In this document: piece by piece, positions 36,511-45,994 of the stretch | Layout of the letters: each line of letters begins with the position of its first letter | Numbering within the stretch: position 1 is the stretch's first letter | NCBI GenBank assembly: GCA_934130045.1 | Contig: CAKOXI010000001.1 | Coordinates: 14,900-78,899, forward strand | Reading direction: 5' to 3' | DNA: 64,000 nucleotides | From: an uncultured Bacilli bacterium | GTDB taxonomy: Bacteria > Bacillota_I > Bacilli_A > RF39 > UBA660 | Made by a program: the position numbers and the translations under genes | Notes under the pieces: generated by a model | What the model was told of the DNA's origin: nothing | The model's database searches: none | What the model saw: the letters and a program-made list of their open reading frames with translations, nothing else

Positions 36511-38658
36511 ATGGATACTGTCGGAGTAAGAGGTTTTTTTGCATCTGTTGATGTTTTTATTGCGTCAATGATAGAAAAAGTATATGGCTTAATTCTTTTA
36601 ATTGCTGACGTAGACATTTGGTCTAAGGTTGGAAATAAAATATTTAACAAAGTTTTTTCATTGATTGCTGTTTTTATGTTATTTAAAGCAGCTATAATTG
36701 TAATACAATATGTTATTAATCCAGATGAGTTAATATCATCTAAAAAGGGTGGTGTGAAATTTTTAAAAAATATTGTTATTTCTTTATTTATGCTTACAAT
36801 GGCTACAACTGTTTTTGAAAAATTATATCAATTACAGGGCATTGTTTTAAATGAAAATGTACTTGGTAGAATTTTTTTGGAAGATTCGAAAGAAAATGCA
36901 ACTGAACAATCTAAAGATTTTAATAATATTGGAAAAGAAGTCGCATATTACATCTTTAGTTCTTTTCTTGATTATAGTAGAGATGGTGCTTTAGCTCCTG
37001 TTTTTCCTGATTATTGTAAAAATATTTTTGTGGAAGAGGATTATGAGTTAAATAAAGAAACATATTATGTTTCTTATATTAATCCATATAATGGCTTTGT
37101 AATTAATGTTGCAAGACCGGTTTATACATGTGCATCGTATGTTACTCATGGGCAAAATGTTGGAATGTCAAACTTAGTTTATGATTCGAGGATTGATTCA
37201 AGATTTAATAGACTTGATGATGGTACAGCTATAAATTGGTCTGGTAGCATTTTGGGTAGTTGTGGTTCTCAAACTGGTGGATATTATACTTGTAAATCAT
37301 ATTTGTGTCAGTCATATAATTGTGGCTCTAAAAATGGAGTTTATCTTGTTAATTTAATTAATAATGCAAGGGAAAATAAGGACGTAAAATTAATGCTTTC
37401 CGATGATATTTTGTCATCGACTGAGAGTGATTATATATTTGCACCTGGTATTATGTCTGGCTCAAATTATTCATCTTCTTTATCGGATTCTATTCAAATT
37501 TGCAAATGTTATAGTTGTTTTGCTCCATATGTAAAAGATTCTTATGATTGTAATACATCAGATGGAGATTTTATTTTCGAATATAAATTTGGTGTTTCAT
37601 CATTAGTAGGTTTTATTATATTAATTATGATAATTGTTCTTGCTGTTGATGTTGCAATAAGAACTGTAAAGTTAGCATTTTTGGAAATTATTGCCCCAAT
37701 TCCAATTGTTTCTTTTATGGATATTAAAGAAAGCGGTTTATTTAAAAGTTGGGTAAAATTATTTATTAATGTATATTTAGAATTATTTTTAAAGTTGGGG
37801 TCTATATATTTTGGTTTTTTCTTTATTAAATTACTTATGAATGGAAGTTTTTCTGATATTCCTGCTTTTCAAAATGTTTTCGGAAGATTTTTTATGATTT
37901 TTGGTTGTTTACTTTTTGGAAAAAAATTTCCAGATTTTGTTAGCCAGATGATTGGACTTGGTGGAGATACTGGTGTAGGCAGTTTCTTTAAAACGTCTTT
38001 AAAATTTGTTACTGGAGCAGGAGCTATGGCTGTTGCAGGTATTGGTGGTGCTACTTCAAATTTGGCTTCAGGTGTAGAAAAGATTAGCAGTGCTAATGGT
38101 ACTAAAGCAAAATTGTTACAAACTGGTAAAACTGTTGCTAGTGTCTTTGGCGGTGCTGGTAGTGCTGCAGTTAGAACAATGGCTAATCAAATTTCATCTA
38201 AAGGTAGTGGAACTAAAAATAATATTATGCGTGGAATATATGGTAGCTCATATGCGAGAAAACAAAATGAAATGGGAAATCATATTGGTAATCGTGCTTT
38301 AGATAGTGCTAGGGATTTATTTCAAATAAATAATAAAGAAAAATTATCTACTGAAGATATGAAAAAAGAACTAGAAAATATTAAAAAAGAAAAACTAGAA
38401 AATGATAATATGATTAATTCTTTACTTAATAATGAAAGTAATGCAACTAGCATAAGAAATGCTTTTGAATTAGATGATAAAAATAATAGATTGTATAAAA
38501 ATTATGAGGAATATTCAAATAATGTTTCAAATTCTATAAGTGAAGAGTTATATAATTCTTATGATTATTATTATAATTTAAGGGATGAACATAATAAAAG
38601 AATTAAAGAATTGACTGAAGAAATTGAACATAACGAAGCGAATGATTCTTATAAATAA
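36511..38658 (+). CDS. VirB6-like polytopic channel protein (ConG/TcpH/Orf15-type), copy 1
   Basis: The 715-aa product has multiple TMs in two clusters, a Cys-rich periplasmic loop and a long hydrophilic coiled-coil C-tail. Its N-terminal ~100 aa are paralogous to the next gene. Confidence 0.5.
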   Translation: MDTVGVRGFFASVDVFIASMIEKVYGLILLIADVDIWSKVGNKIFNKVFSLIAVFMLFKAAIIVIQYVINPDELISSKKGGVKFLKNIVISLFMLTMATTVFEKLYQLQGIVLNENVLGRIFLEDSKENATEQSKDFNNIGKEVAYYIFSSFLDYSRDGALAPVFPDYCKNIFVEEDYELNKETYYVSYINPYNGFVINVARPVYTCASYVTHGQNVGMSNLVYDSRIDSRFNRLDDGTAINWSGSILGSCGSQTGGYYTCKSYLCQSYNCGSKNGVYLVNLINNARENKDVKLMLSDDILSSTESDYIFAPGIMSGSNYSSSLSDSIQICKCYSCFAPYVKDSYDCNTSDGDFIFEYKFGVSSLVGFIILIMIIVLAVDVAIRTVKLAFLEIIAPIPIVSFMDIKESGLFKSWVKLFINVYLELFLKLGSIYFGFFFIKLLMNGSFSDIPAFQNVFGRFFMIFGCLLFGKKFPDFVSQMIGLGGDTGVGSFFKTSLKFVTGAGAMAVAGIGGATSNLASGVEKISSANGTKAKLLQTGKTVASVFGGAGSAAVRTMANQISSKGSGTKNNIMRGIYGSSYARKQNEMGNHIGNRALDSARDLFQINNKEKLSTEDMKKELENIKKEKLENDNMINSLLNNESNATSIRNAFELDDKNNRLYKNYEEYSNNVSNSISEELYNSYDYYYNLRDEHNKRIKELTEEIEHNEANDSYK

Positions 38659-38757
38659 GTTTCAATGATTGTTAAGTAATTTATTTATATTGATTGTATT
38701 TTGTTTCATATTTATGTTATAATTATATAATATGTTAAAGATTTGGAGATGATTTGA

Positions 38758-40887
38758 GTGGGTGCTTGGTTTCATGGTATTATAAACATGCTTATGTCTG
38801 GTATTATTACTTTTTTGTGCTGGGTAGTCAATAATGTTTACAATTTAATATTACTATTGGCGGATATAAATATTTTTAGTAATGATGCAATATCAGCTAT
38901 GAAAGATAAAGTTTTTTCACTTATAGCATTATTTATGGTATTTAAGTTAGCTTTTTCTATAATACAATATATTGTTGATCCTGATAAATTAACAGATAGT
39001 ACAAGTGGTGCACAAAAATTACTTGTTCGTATTGTTATTTCTCTTGCATTATTAACTGTTGTTGATACTGCATTTGAAAAAGCTATGGAGTTTCAAAATA
39101 TTATTTTACAAGAAGGAATTTTAAATAAAATTATTTTTGGAACATCATCTGGTGATGATTCTCCTACACTGGAAGATTCAAATACTTCAATTGATGAACT
39201 TGAAAAAAAGAAACAAACTCCATCGTGGTTTATATCATATACATTAGTTTCGGCATTTGTTGATTGGAATGATGATGCATTTGATGATAAATTAAATGGT
39301 GATACATGTGAGGTTTCTCCATTTATTAAGGTTATTGGTAAATACAAGGAGGCTGATATTAGTAAGTTAACTGGTGGAAAATGTTATGAGTTATTTGTAA
39401 AAGAAATAGGTAATAGTGTAAATAAGGATTTTAAAAGTTATTTAAAGTCTTATGATATAGGAAGAGCTATTTCGAAGGTTGCAAGGGCAAAACGTAACAG
39501 TGAACTTATGATTAGTTTAAATTTTTTTACCCCATTGTTTCTTATAATTTTTATTGTTGTTTTAGTAATTATTGCAGTTAATGTGGCAGTTAGGGCAGTT
39601 AAGTTATCTGCACTTATGATTATTGCACCTTTGCCTATTATTTCTTATATTGATCCTAAAGAAAAAGATGGTTTATTTAAAAAATGGTATAAATTAGTAT
39701 TTAAAACATATTTAGACCTATTTATACAGCTTGTATCATTTTATTTTGCAGTATTTTTAATAACTAATATTATAGGGCAAAATTCTTTGACAGGTTATTC
39801 TGGTACAACATATGAAATTGCTAAACATCCATTATTATATATATTTATAATTATTGGTATATTTCTGTTTGCAATGCAATTACCAAAATTAATTTCTGAT
39901 TTAACTGGTGCTAAAACTGATGGCATTGCTAAGGGAATTAAATCTGGTATGGGGATTCTTGGAACTACTGCTGTTGCGGGAGTTGGCGGTGCCGTTGGTG
40001 GTATGGTAGCTGGTTGGCAACATGGAACTGGATTTGGAAAAGTTGGACATGCTTTAGCTTCTGGTGTTACTGGTGGACTTGGTGCACAGGTACGAGGTAT
40101 ATGGAATGGTAGAAACGGTGGAAATGTTTTTGCTAATGCTGGAAAAGCTATAACTGCATCTGGTGTTGCTAGAAATGCAAATTGGGTTCGTGATTCAAAT
40201 GGTAACCGTGTTAGAAGTCGTATTCCATTTGTTTCATCTGCCGCTAATTCTTTTGGAAAAATGGCAGGTTTAAAAAATCCAACTGTTGGTGTTGGTAGGT
40301 TAAAGGCAGATAAAAAATATGCTGATGAAGCATTGAAGAGTGCTCAAACAGCTTTACAGGATCAAATGACTGCTAGAAATGATGCTTTTACGCGTCAAGT
40401 TAATGCTGAAAATGAAATGAATCGTTTACGTGGTCAATTAAATAGTAAACTTAATAACTTGGATGGAATTGAGGGAGGATTTAATAACTCTACAGGTGAT
40501 TTTGAATTAAAATATAATAATCAAAATATGAGTATACGTAATTTGGATTATGGACAATTTAGAAGTGCAATGTATGAAAATAGAAATCGTATTAACAGTA
40601 AGAGAGCAAATGGAGAATTGGATGATCAAAACTATAATAGAATTATGAGTAATATTGATTCATTATCTCGTATGTCTGAAAGTGAATTTAATTCATATAG
40701 AGGTGAAATATCTGATTTATCTAGTAGACTTTCAAGTAGTAGAGAGGTTTATGATAATGCTACAACTGCTTTAAATAATGCTAATAATCAAATAAGTTCA
40801 ATTCGTTCATTTATTGATTCTGCTCAAAAACAAAGTGATAGTTCCTCAAAAAGCCTTGATACTTTAAATAAGTCGCTTGGTAAATAA
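38758..40887 (+). CDS. VirB6-like polytopic channel protein, copy 2
   Basis: The 709-aa product starts with GTG and has the same architecture as copy 1. Its C-terminal half is Gly-rich and S/N-rich with coiled coil. Confidence 0.5.
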   Translation: MGAWFHGIINMLMSGIITFLCWVVNNVYNLILLLADINIFSNDAISAMKDKVFSLIALFMVFKLAFSIIQYIVDPDKLTDSTSGAQKLLVRIVISLALLTVVDTAFEKAMEFQNIILQEGILNKIIFGTSSGDDSPTLEDSNTSIDELEKKKQTPSWFISYTLVSAFVDWNDDAFDDKLNGDTCEVSPFIKVIGKYKEADISKLTGGKCYELFVKEIGNSVNKDFKSYLKSYDIGRAISKVARAKRNSELMISLNFFTPLFLIIFIVVLVIIAVNVAVRAVKLSALMIIAPLPIISYIDPKEKDGLFKKWYKLVFKTYLDLFIQLVSFYFAVFLITNIIGQNSLTGYSGTTYEIAKHPLLYIFIIIGIFLFAMQLPKLISDLTGAKTDGIAKGIKSGMGILGTTAVAGVGGAVGGMVAGWQHGTGFGKVGHALASGVTGGLGAQVRGIWNGRNGGNVFANAGKAITASGVARNANWVRDSNGNRVRSRIPFVSSAANSFGKMAGLKNPTVGVGRLKADKKYADEALKSAQTALQDQMTARNDAFTRQVNAENEMNRLRGQLNSKLNNLDGIEGGFNNSTGDFELKYNNQNMSIRNLDYGQFRSAMYENRNRINSKRANGELDDQNYNRIMSNIDSLSRMSESEFNSYRGEISDLSSRLSSSREVYDNATTALNNANNQISSIRSFIDSAQKQSDSSSKSLDTLNKSLGK

Positions 40888-40916
40888 AAAATTATGAATA
40901 AAAAGGAGGTTTATAT

Positions 40917-41240
40917 ATGTATGGAAGATTTTTAATTCCTGCAAACTCGAAAAAATCGGCATTGATACTTGGTTTATTTAAGCCTGCCGATTTAGTTATA
41001 ATATCGATAGGTGTGATTTTGTCATTTATTTTATTACTTACATTACCTATTGAACAAATGACATATACGATAATTGCTATTTTTCCTGCTTCATTTGCTG
41101 CTTTCTTAGTTTTTCCAATGGCATATTATCACAATGTAAGAACATTCATTGTTATACTTTTTAAGTATTTAACATCTAGACAAAAATTTGTATGGAAGGG
41201 TTGGTGTTATATAGATGAAGTCAACAAATTCAAAAAGTAA
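40917..41240 (+). CDS. VirB3-like small membrane protein (PrgI/ConD/Orf17-type)
   Basis: The 107-aa product has two TMs and lies immediately upstream of, and overlapping, the VirB4 ATPase, the conserved position for VirB3-like proteins. The RBS is AAGGAGG. Confidence 0.5.
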   Translation: MYGRFLIPANSKKSALILGLFKPADLVIISIGVILSFILLLTLPIEQMTYTIIAIFPASFAAFLVFPMAYYHNVRTFIVILFKYLTSRQKFVWKGWCYIDEVNKFKK

Positions 41241-41775
41241 ATATACTAATGATGTATTTGTTCCAATTAAAAGCATAACAAATGGTATGATTATTTTGGA
41301 TAATAATTTAAAAGTTTCTGGTGTTAAGATTAGACCAAGAAATATATTTATTCTTGAACAAGAAGCGCAAGATATTATTATTTCAAATCTAAAAAATGTT
41401 TATAATATGATTGATTATGAATTTTGGATAATTGCAGCTGATAGACCAGTTGATATTCATGTATATTTATCTCAATTGCAACTTCTTTATAATTCTGTAA
41501 CAAGTCAAGCAAAAAGAAAATTAATAACGCAAGATATTCAAAAAGCAAATATGTTTATGAATAATAATGTTGTTGATACTGAGTATTATTTGCTTTTCAA
41601 ACATAAAGATATTGATGTTATACAAAAGAGAATTCGTAATTTAATTAATAATTTTGCAAATGCTGGTTTAACTACTGCGCAGACATCCAATGATGATTTA
41701 AGAATGGTATTAGATAACTTTTTAAATGGTGGTCAAACCACTACGTTTGGGACGGTGATGAGTGATGGATATTAA
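41215..41775 (+). CDS. VirB4-family T4SS ATPase, N-terminal fragment (frame 1)
   Basis: The 186-aa fragment ends 14 nt inside the next ORF. Together the two parts reconstitute a ~780-aa VirB4/TraE/ConE-like protein. Confidence 0.55.
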   Translation: MKSTNSKSKYTNDVFVPIKSITNGMIILDNNLKVSGVKIRPRNIFILEQEAQDIIISNLKNVYNMIDYEFWIIAADRPVDIHVYLSQLQLLYNSVTSQAKRKLITQDIQKANMFMNNNVVDTEYYLLFKHKDIDVIQKRIRNLINNFANAGLTTAQTSNDDLRMVLDNFLNGGQTTTFGTVMSDGY

Positions 41776-43549
41776 GAGTCAAATAGCTCCAAAAGGGCTT
41801 GAATTTAAAGCTGCAGATTTTGTTATAAGTGATAAATATGCTTGTATATTAACAGTAGTTTCTTATCCTAAATATATAGAACCTGGTTATTTATCAAATT
41901 TAACTAGTATGTCAGGTATTAAGGTTGTTATTAAACATTTACCATTACCTTTTGATATCTTAAGAAGAATGCTTAATAAAGAAATTGCTGACTTGAAACA
42001 AAGATATCATGAAGAAAATGATAAAACAATTCAAGAAAGAATTAGACAGGATTATGAATCATTGGAACAATTTATTTCTCAAATTGCTGCAAGTCAGTCA
42101 AAAATATATGATTTCCAAATGCATATTATGGTTACTGCTGATTCACAAGAAGAATTAGCAGGAAAAAAATTCCAAATAAAAAACTATTTGGAAGCAATGG
42201 AAATGAAAGCATTTCCACTTAGATTTGAACAAGAAAAAGTTTTAAAATCGATGATTCCAATATTTCCTAAACAAGATATTGAAGAAAGAATTGGTACACC
42301 AATGCCTACACCAACAATGGCGGCAATGTATCCATTTATTTTCGATAGTATAAAAGATCCAGGGTTAGCTACTTTACTCGGAGTTGATTTTTCTGGTGGT
42401 GTAATATTATTTAATCAATTTTTATATCAAATAAAAAAAGAACACAATAGAAATAATGCTAATTTAATTATTTTAGGTACATCTGGTTCTGGTAAATCAA
42501 CTGCTGCTAAATTAATGCTTCGTTCTCATATTAGAAATAATTGCAAAATTATTTATATAGATCCAGAGGGCGAATTAGAGGAAATGGCTAAAATGTATGA
42601 TGGTGATTTTATGGATTTAGGTAAGGGTGGAGAATATGGTATGATTAATCCACTTGAGGTTGTAATGGATGCAGATGAAGATGAAATTAAAGAGGGATTG
42701 GGATATACTGTATTAACAAGAACTTTACAAACTATAAAAGCTTTTTTAAAGTATTATGATCCTTCAATTGAAGAAGATGTTTTAACAATGTTTAGTGAAG
42801 TTGTTCAGGACACATATAGACGTTTTGGTATGAATTTTGATACTGATTTTTCTAAATTTAAATCTGAAGATTATCCAACATTTAGGGATGTATATGCGAC
42901 TATAAAGGGACGTATTTTATCAATGCCTGAGCAAAGCCATGAAAAAGATATATTGGAAAAACTTGAAATTAAGATTAGACCAATTACAAAAGAATTAAAG
43001 TATTACTTTGATGGTCATACAACTATATCTCCTAATAGTGATTTTATTGTATTTAATATAAGAGAACTTATGAATGCTGATACAAATATTAGAAATGCAT
43101 TATTCTTTAATATTTTGAAATATGCATGGGGATTAACTTTGGATAAAAGTGTAAATTCAGTTCTAACTGTTGATGAAGCTCACGTACTTTTAAGTGGAAA
43201 TAATACATTAGGGGCTGACTTCTTAGCTCAAATTCAAAGACGTGCTAGAAAATATAATACTGGTACAATAATTATTACACAACAACCAAGTGATTTTAGT
43301 GATCCAAATGTTATTACACAGGGAAAAGCTATATTTGATAATGCTTCATATTATTTAATAATGGGATTAAAAAAACAAGCAGTAGAAGATTTAGCAAAAT
43401 TAATTGATTTAAATGAAAATGAAAAGGAAAGTATTAAACGTTACAATCAAGGAGAAGCACTATTTGTTTGTGGTAGTAGACGTATGAGAATAAATGTTGT
43501 TGTTACCGAACAAGAATTAGATTCGTTTGGTAGCGGTGGAGGTTTGTAG
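41762..43549 (+). CDS. VirB4-family T4SS ATPase, C-terminal fragment (frame 2) carrying the Walker A/B motifs
   Basis: The product has Walker A LIILGTSGSGKST, Walker B LTVDEAH and a CagE/TrbE/VirB4 C-domain. It overlaps the upstream fragment at 41762-41775 in the +1 frame. Confidence 0.75.
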   Translation: MMDIKSQIAPKGLEFKAADFVISDKYACILTVVSYPKYIEPGYLSNLTSMSGIKVVIKHLPLPFDILRRMLNKEIADLKQRYHEENDKTIQERIRQDYESLEQFISQIAASQSKIYDFQMHIMVTADSQEELAGKKFQIKNYLEAMEMKAFPLRFEQEKVLKSMIPIFPKQDIEERIGTPMPTPTMAAMYPFIFDSIKDPGLATLLGVDFSGGVILFNQFLYQIKKEHNRNNANLIILGTSGSGKSTAAKLMLRSHIRNNCKIIYIDPEGELEEMAKMYDGDFMDLGKGGEYGMINPLEVVMDADEDEIKEGLGYTVLTRTLQTIKAFLKYYDPSIEEDVLTMFSEVVQDTYRRFGMNFDTDFSKFKSEDYPTFRDVYATIKGRILSMPEQSHEKDILEKLEIKIRPITKELKYYFDGHTTISPNSDFIVFNIRELMNADTNIRNALFFNILKYAWGLTLDKSVNSVLTVDEAHVLLSGNNTLGADFLAQIQRRARKYNTGTIIITQQPSDFSDPNVITQGKAIFDNASYYLIMGLKKQAVEDLAKLIDLNENEKESIKRYNQGEALFVCGSRRMRINVVVTEQELDSFGSGGGL

Positions 43550-43562
43550 TTTTATTTATTAG

Positions 43563-45281
43563 GTGGTGAGGTTAATGGATAATGAAAATAATAAAAATAA
43601 TGATTTAGTAAAGCAAACATCTAAAGTTGCATTAAATGCAGCCTTATCACCTATAAAAAAGAGTATATTATTAAGTCTTTTGCCTATAATACCGTATTTA
43701 ATTGGTGCATTTTTAATTATCATATTATTTTGCGGAATTTATATGTCCATTGATGAACAAGCAGATGCTGTTACAAACCTTGGTCAAAAGGTTGGAAATG
43801 CAGTTCAGCTTTATGGGTTTAAAACTGAGGCAGAAGTTGAACAACAAGAAGAAGATAGATTTTATAATACTCTTGAATTTTACAAGGGTGTTTATGATTT
43901 AGATCGTTATGACATTCTTTTGATATCTAATACATTACTTTTTGAAGGAATGTATGAAGATAAACTAGAATTTGTTGAGGATAGTCGTGATGAAATTGAA
44001 ATCACTATACCTAGTAAGGATGGTAATATTTTAGTTGAATTTTTTGATATGATTAATTCTATTTATAAAAGTTTTTATAGTGGTTTTTCAAGTGCATTTA
44101 TGAGCTCTAGTCAATATAAGAAGGCTAATAAAATTTTATCTGAACCTGTTATAGTAATAAAAAAATGTCACAGTTTAACTAGTAATATGGAAGATTTTAA
44201 GCAATGTTATCGTGGATATTTAGTAGCTGAATATGATGAATTTTTAGATCAACTTATTGAATCTGATAAGATAGAAACAGAAGTTAAACCAGGATATTTA
44301 ATTCTTGACGATATATTTAATCTTAAGGATTTAAATATAGATTTAAATGATGAAATTGAAGATAGTTTGTTTAATTTAAATAATTTTATTTTTAAATTTA
44401 ATCCCGTTGCTTGGCTTTTAAATGCTATTCGTATACATTTGGGTGTTGAATTTAAACGTTTTAATGACCAATTAAGAACCGCTATTACTATTTTAATATT
44501 TGGAAAATTAGCAGGTCCACCAATTGATAGAAGTTGGTGGAATAATAAGCATTTTTTCTATAATGGATATATTGTTAAATACTTGAGGGAATATTATAAA
44601 ATTTCAAAGGATGAATATTCAGATGGTAATTTGAATGATATTTATACAGATAGGAAAAATAAGTTAGAAATTGCTAATTTGATTATTGAAACAACTGATG
44701 CATATATGGATATGGATTCTGATACTAAAAATAATAATCCTAGTAAAGGCGATTCTGGATATGCAACTGGTTCAAGTTGTAAACCGATAAGTTCAAATGA
44801 TTTAGAAAGTTTTTCATCTCCTACAAATGGTGTATCATGTTCAGTTAATTCATGTTTTGGAGTTTATGCTGGAAAATGGGCATGTACTGCACATAAGGGT
44901 GTTGATGTTAATGCTTCTAGCGGAATATATGGTGTTTGCGATGGTGTTGTTACATTTGCTGGTATGTATAATAATGGTTCAGCTAGTGCCATAGAAACGG
45001 ATTGTAATATAAATGGTAAAGTGTACCATGTTAGATATCTTCATATGCCACTGGATGATGTTTATAGATTTAAAGTTGGAGATGTAATAAGTAGTGGACA
45101 ACGACTTGGTAATCAAGGAGCAGTTGGTAATGGTGTAACAGGTGCTCATTTGCATTTGGATGTTTCTTTAAATGGGGTGTATGTTAATCCTGAATCAATA
45201 GTTTCTGGATGTAGTTTTTCTTATGATTGCGAAGGAACGCGTAATAGTTGTCAATCTACTGGACAGTATTTTTGTAAATAG
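43563..45281 (+). CDS. Membrane-anchored peptidoglycan hydrolase with a C-terminal M23 (LytM-type) peptidase domain; T4SS cell-wall-remodelling enzyme (VirB1 functional analog)
   Basis: An N-terminal TM is followed by a C-terminal M23 domain with HxxxD (AHKGVD) and HxH (AHLHLD) motifs. It lies between virB4 and virD4. Confidence 0.7.
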   Translation: MVRLMDNENNKNNDLVKQTSKVALNAALSPIKKSILLSLLPIIPYLIGAFLIIILFCGIYMSIDEQADAVTNLGQKVGNAVQLYGFKTEAEVEQQEEDRFYNTLEFYKGVYDLDRYDILLISNTLLFEGMYEDKLEFVEDSRDEIEITIPSKDGNILVEFFDMINSIYKSFYSGFSSAFMSSSQYKKANKILSEPVIVIKKCHSLTSNMEDFKQCYRGYLVAEYDEFLDQLIESDKIETEVKPGYLILDDIFNLKDLNIDLNDEIEDSLFNLNNFIFKFNPVAWLLNAIRIHLGVEFKRFNDQLRTAITILIFGKLAGPPIDRSWWNNKHFFYNGYIVKYLREYYKISKDEYSDGNLNDIYTDRKNKLEIANLIIETTDAYMDMDSDTKNNNPSKGDSGYATGSSCKPISSNDLESFSSPTNGVSCSVNSCFGVYAGKWACTAHKGVDVNASSGIYGVCDGVVTFAGMYNNGSASAIETDCNINGKVYHVRYLHMPLDDVYRFKVGDVISSGQRLGNQGAVGNGVTGAHLHLDVSLNGVYVNPESIVSGCSFSYDCEGTRNSCQSTGQYFCK

Positions 45282-45295
45282 AAAATGGTGGTTTT

Positions 45296-45994
45296 ATGAA
45301 ATATAAATTTGTTTTAATTCTTTTTTCATTATTATTTTGTTGTACTGCCTGTTCTATTAACTATAATATTGAATTAAATGAAAGTAATTATTATGAAAAA
45401 ATATATGCCATTGAGAATCATATCGATTATTTTAAAAAGAATAATAATTCATATAAAAATTTAGTTGGATATAACAAATTAAACGTCGAGACTGAACTTG
45501 ATCAACCACAGGATTTAGATTATTTAAAACTTTATAATTATTTTAATGTAATAGAATCTGGTGCTTATTTGGATGGAGAAATTAGAAGCTTTGCTGAATA
45601 CAGCTTTGGATTATATAAATGTTATGATGATTATATTTTAGAAAATAATGATAATATCATAACTTTAAAAACTAGTGGTAATTTTCTTTGTGATAATATT
45701 TTAAGTCAAACAGATAATTTTTATGTTAATATTAAAAGTGATTATAAATTGATTGAAACTAATGCAAATACAGTTAAAAATAATATTTATACTTGGAATT
45801 TAAAAGAAAATGTTGATAAAAATATAATTTTGAAATTGAAAGTTGAAAATTTAAATAATAAAATAAATGAAAGCTCGAAAAGTAAATTTTTAGATTTTAA
45901 ATTTTTAACAGTAACTTTATTTGGAACTGTATTATTAATAACATTTATATCTTTGTTTATATATATTAAAAATAAGAATTCAAATAAAATTTGA
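45296..45994 (+). CDS. Hypothetical lipoprotein with a C-terminal TM anchor (T4SS accessory)
   Basis: The product has a signal peptide/lipobox LLFCCTAC and a C-terminal TM FLTVTLFGTVLLITFISLFIYI. Its stop overlaps the virD4 start. Confidence 0.4.
   Translation: MKYKFVLILFSLLFCCTACSINYNIELNESNYYEKIYAIENHIDYFKKNNNSYKNLVGYNKLNVETELDQPQDLDYLKLYNYFNVIESGAYLDGEIRSFAEYSFGLYKCYDDYILENNDNIITLKTSGNFLCDNILSQTDNFYVNIKSDYKLIETNANTVKNNIYTWNLKENVDKNIILKLKVENLNNKINESSKSKFLDFKFLTVTLFGTVLLITFISLFIYIKNKNSNKI

Noticed and set aside
34899-36544. Antisense and overlapping ORFs 34899-35234(-), 35880-36065(+) and 36257-36544(-)
   Set aside because: They overlap stronger same-locus CDSs on the other strand or frame and have low-complexity translations. 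They are not credible genes.
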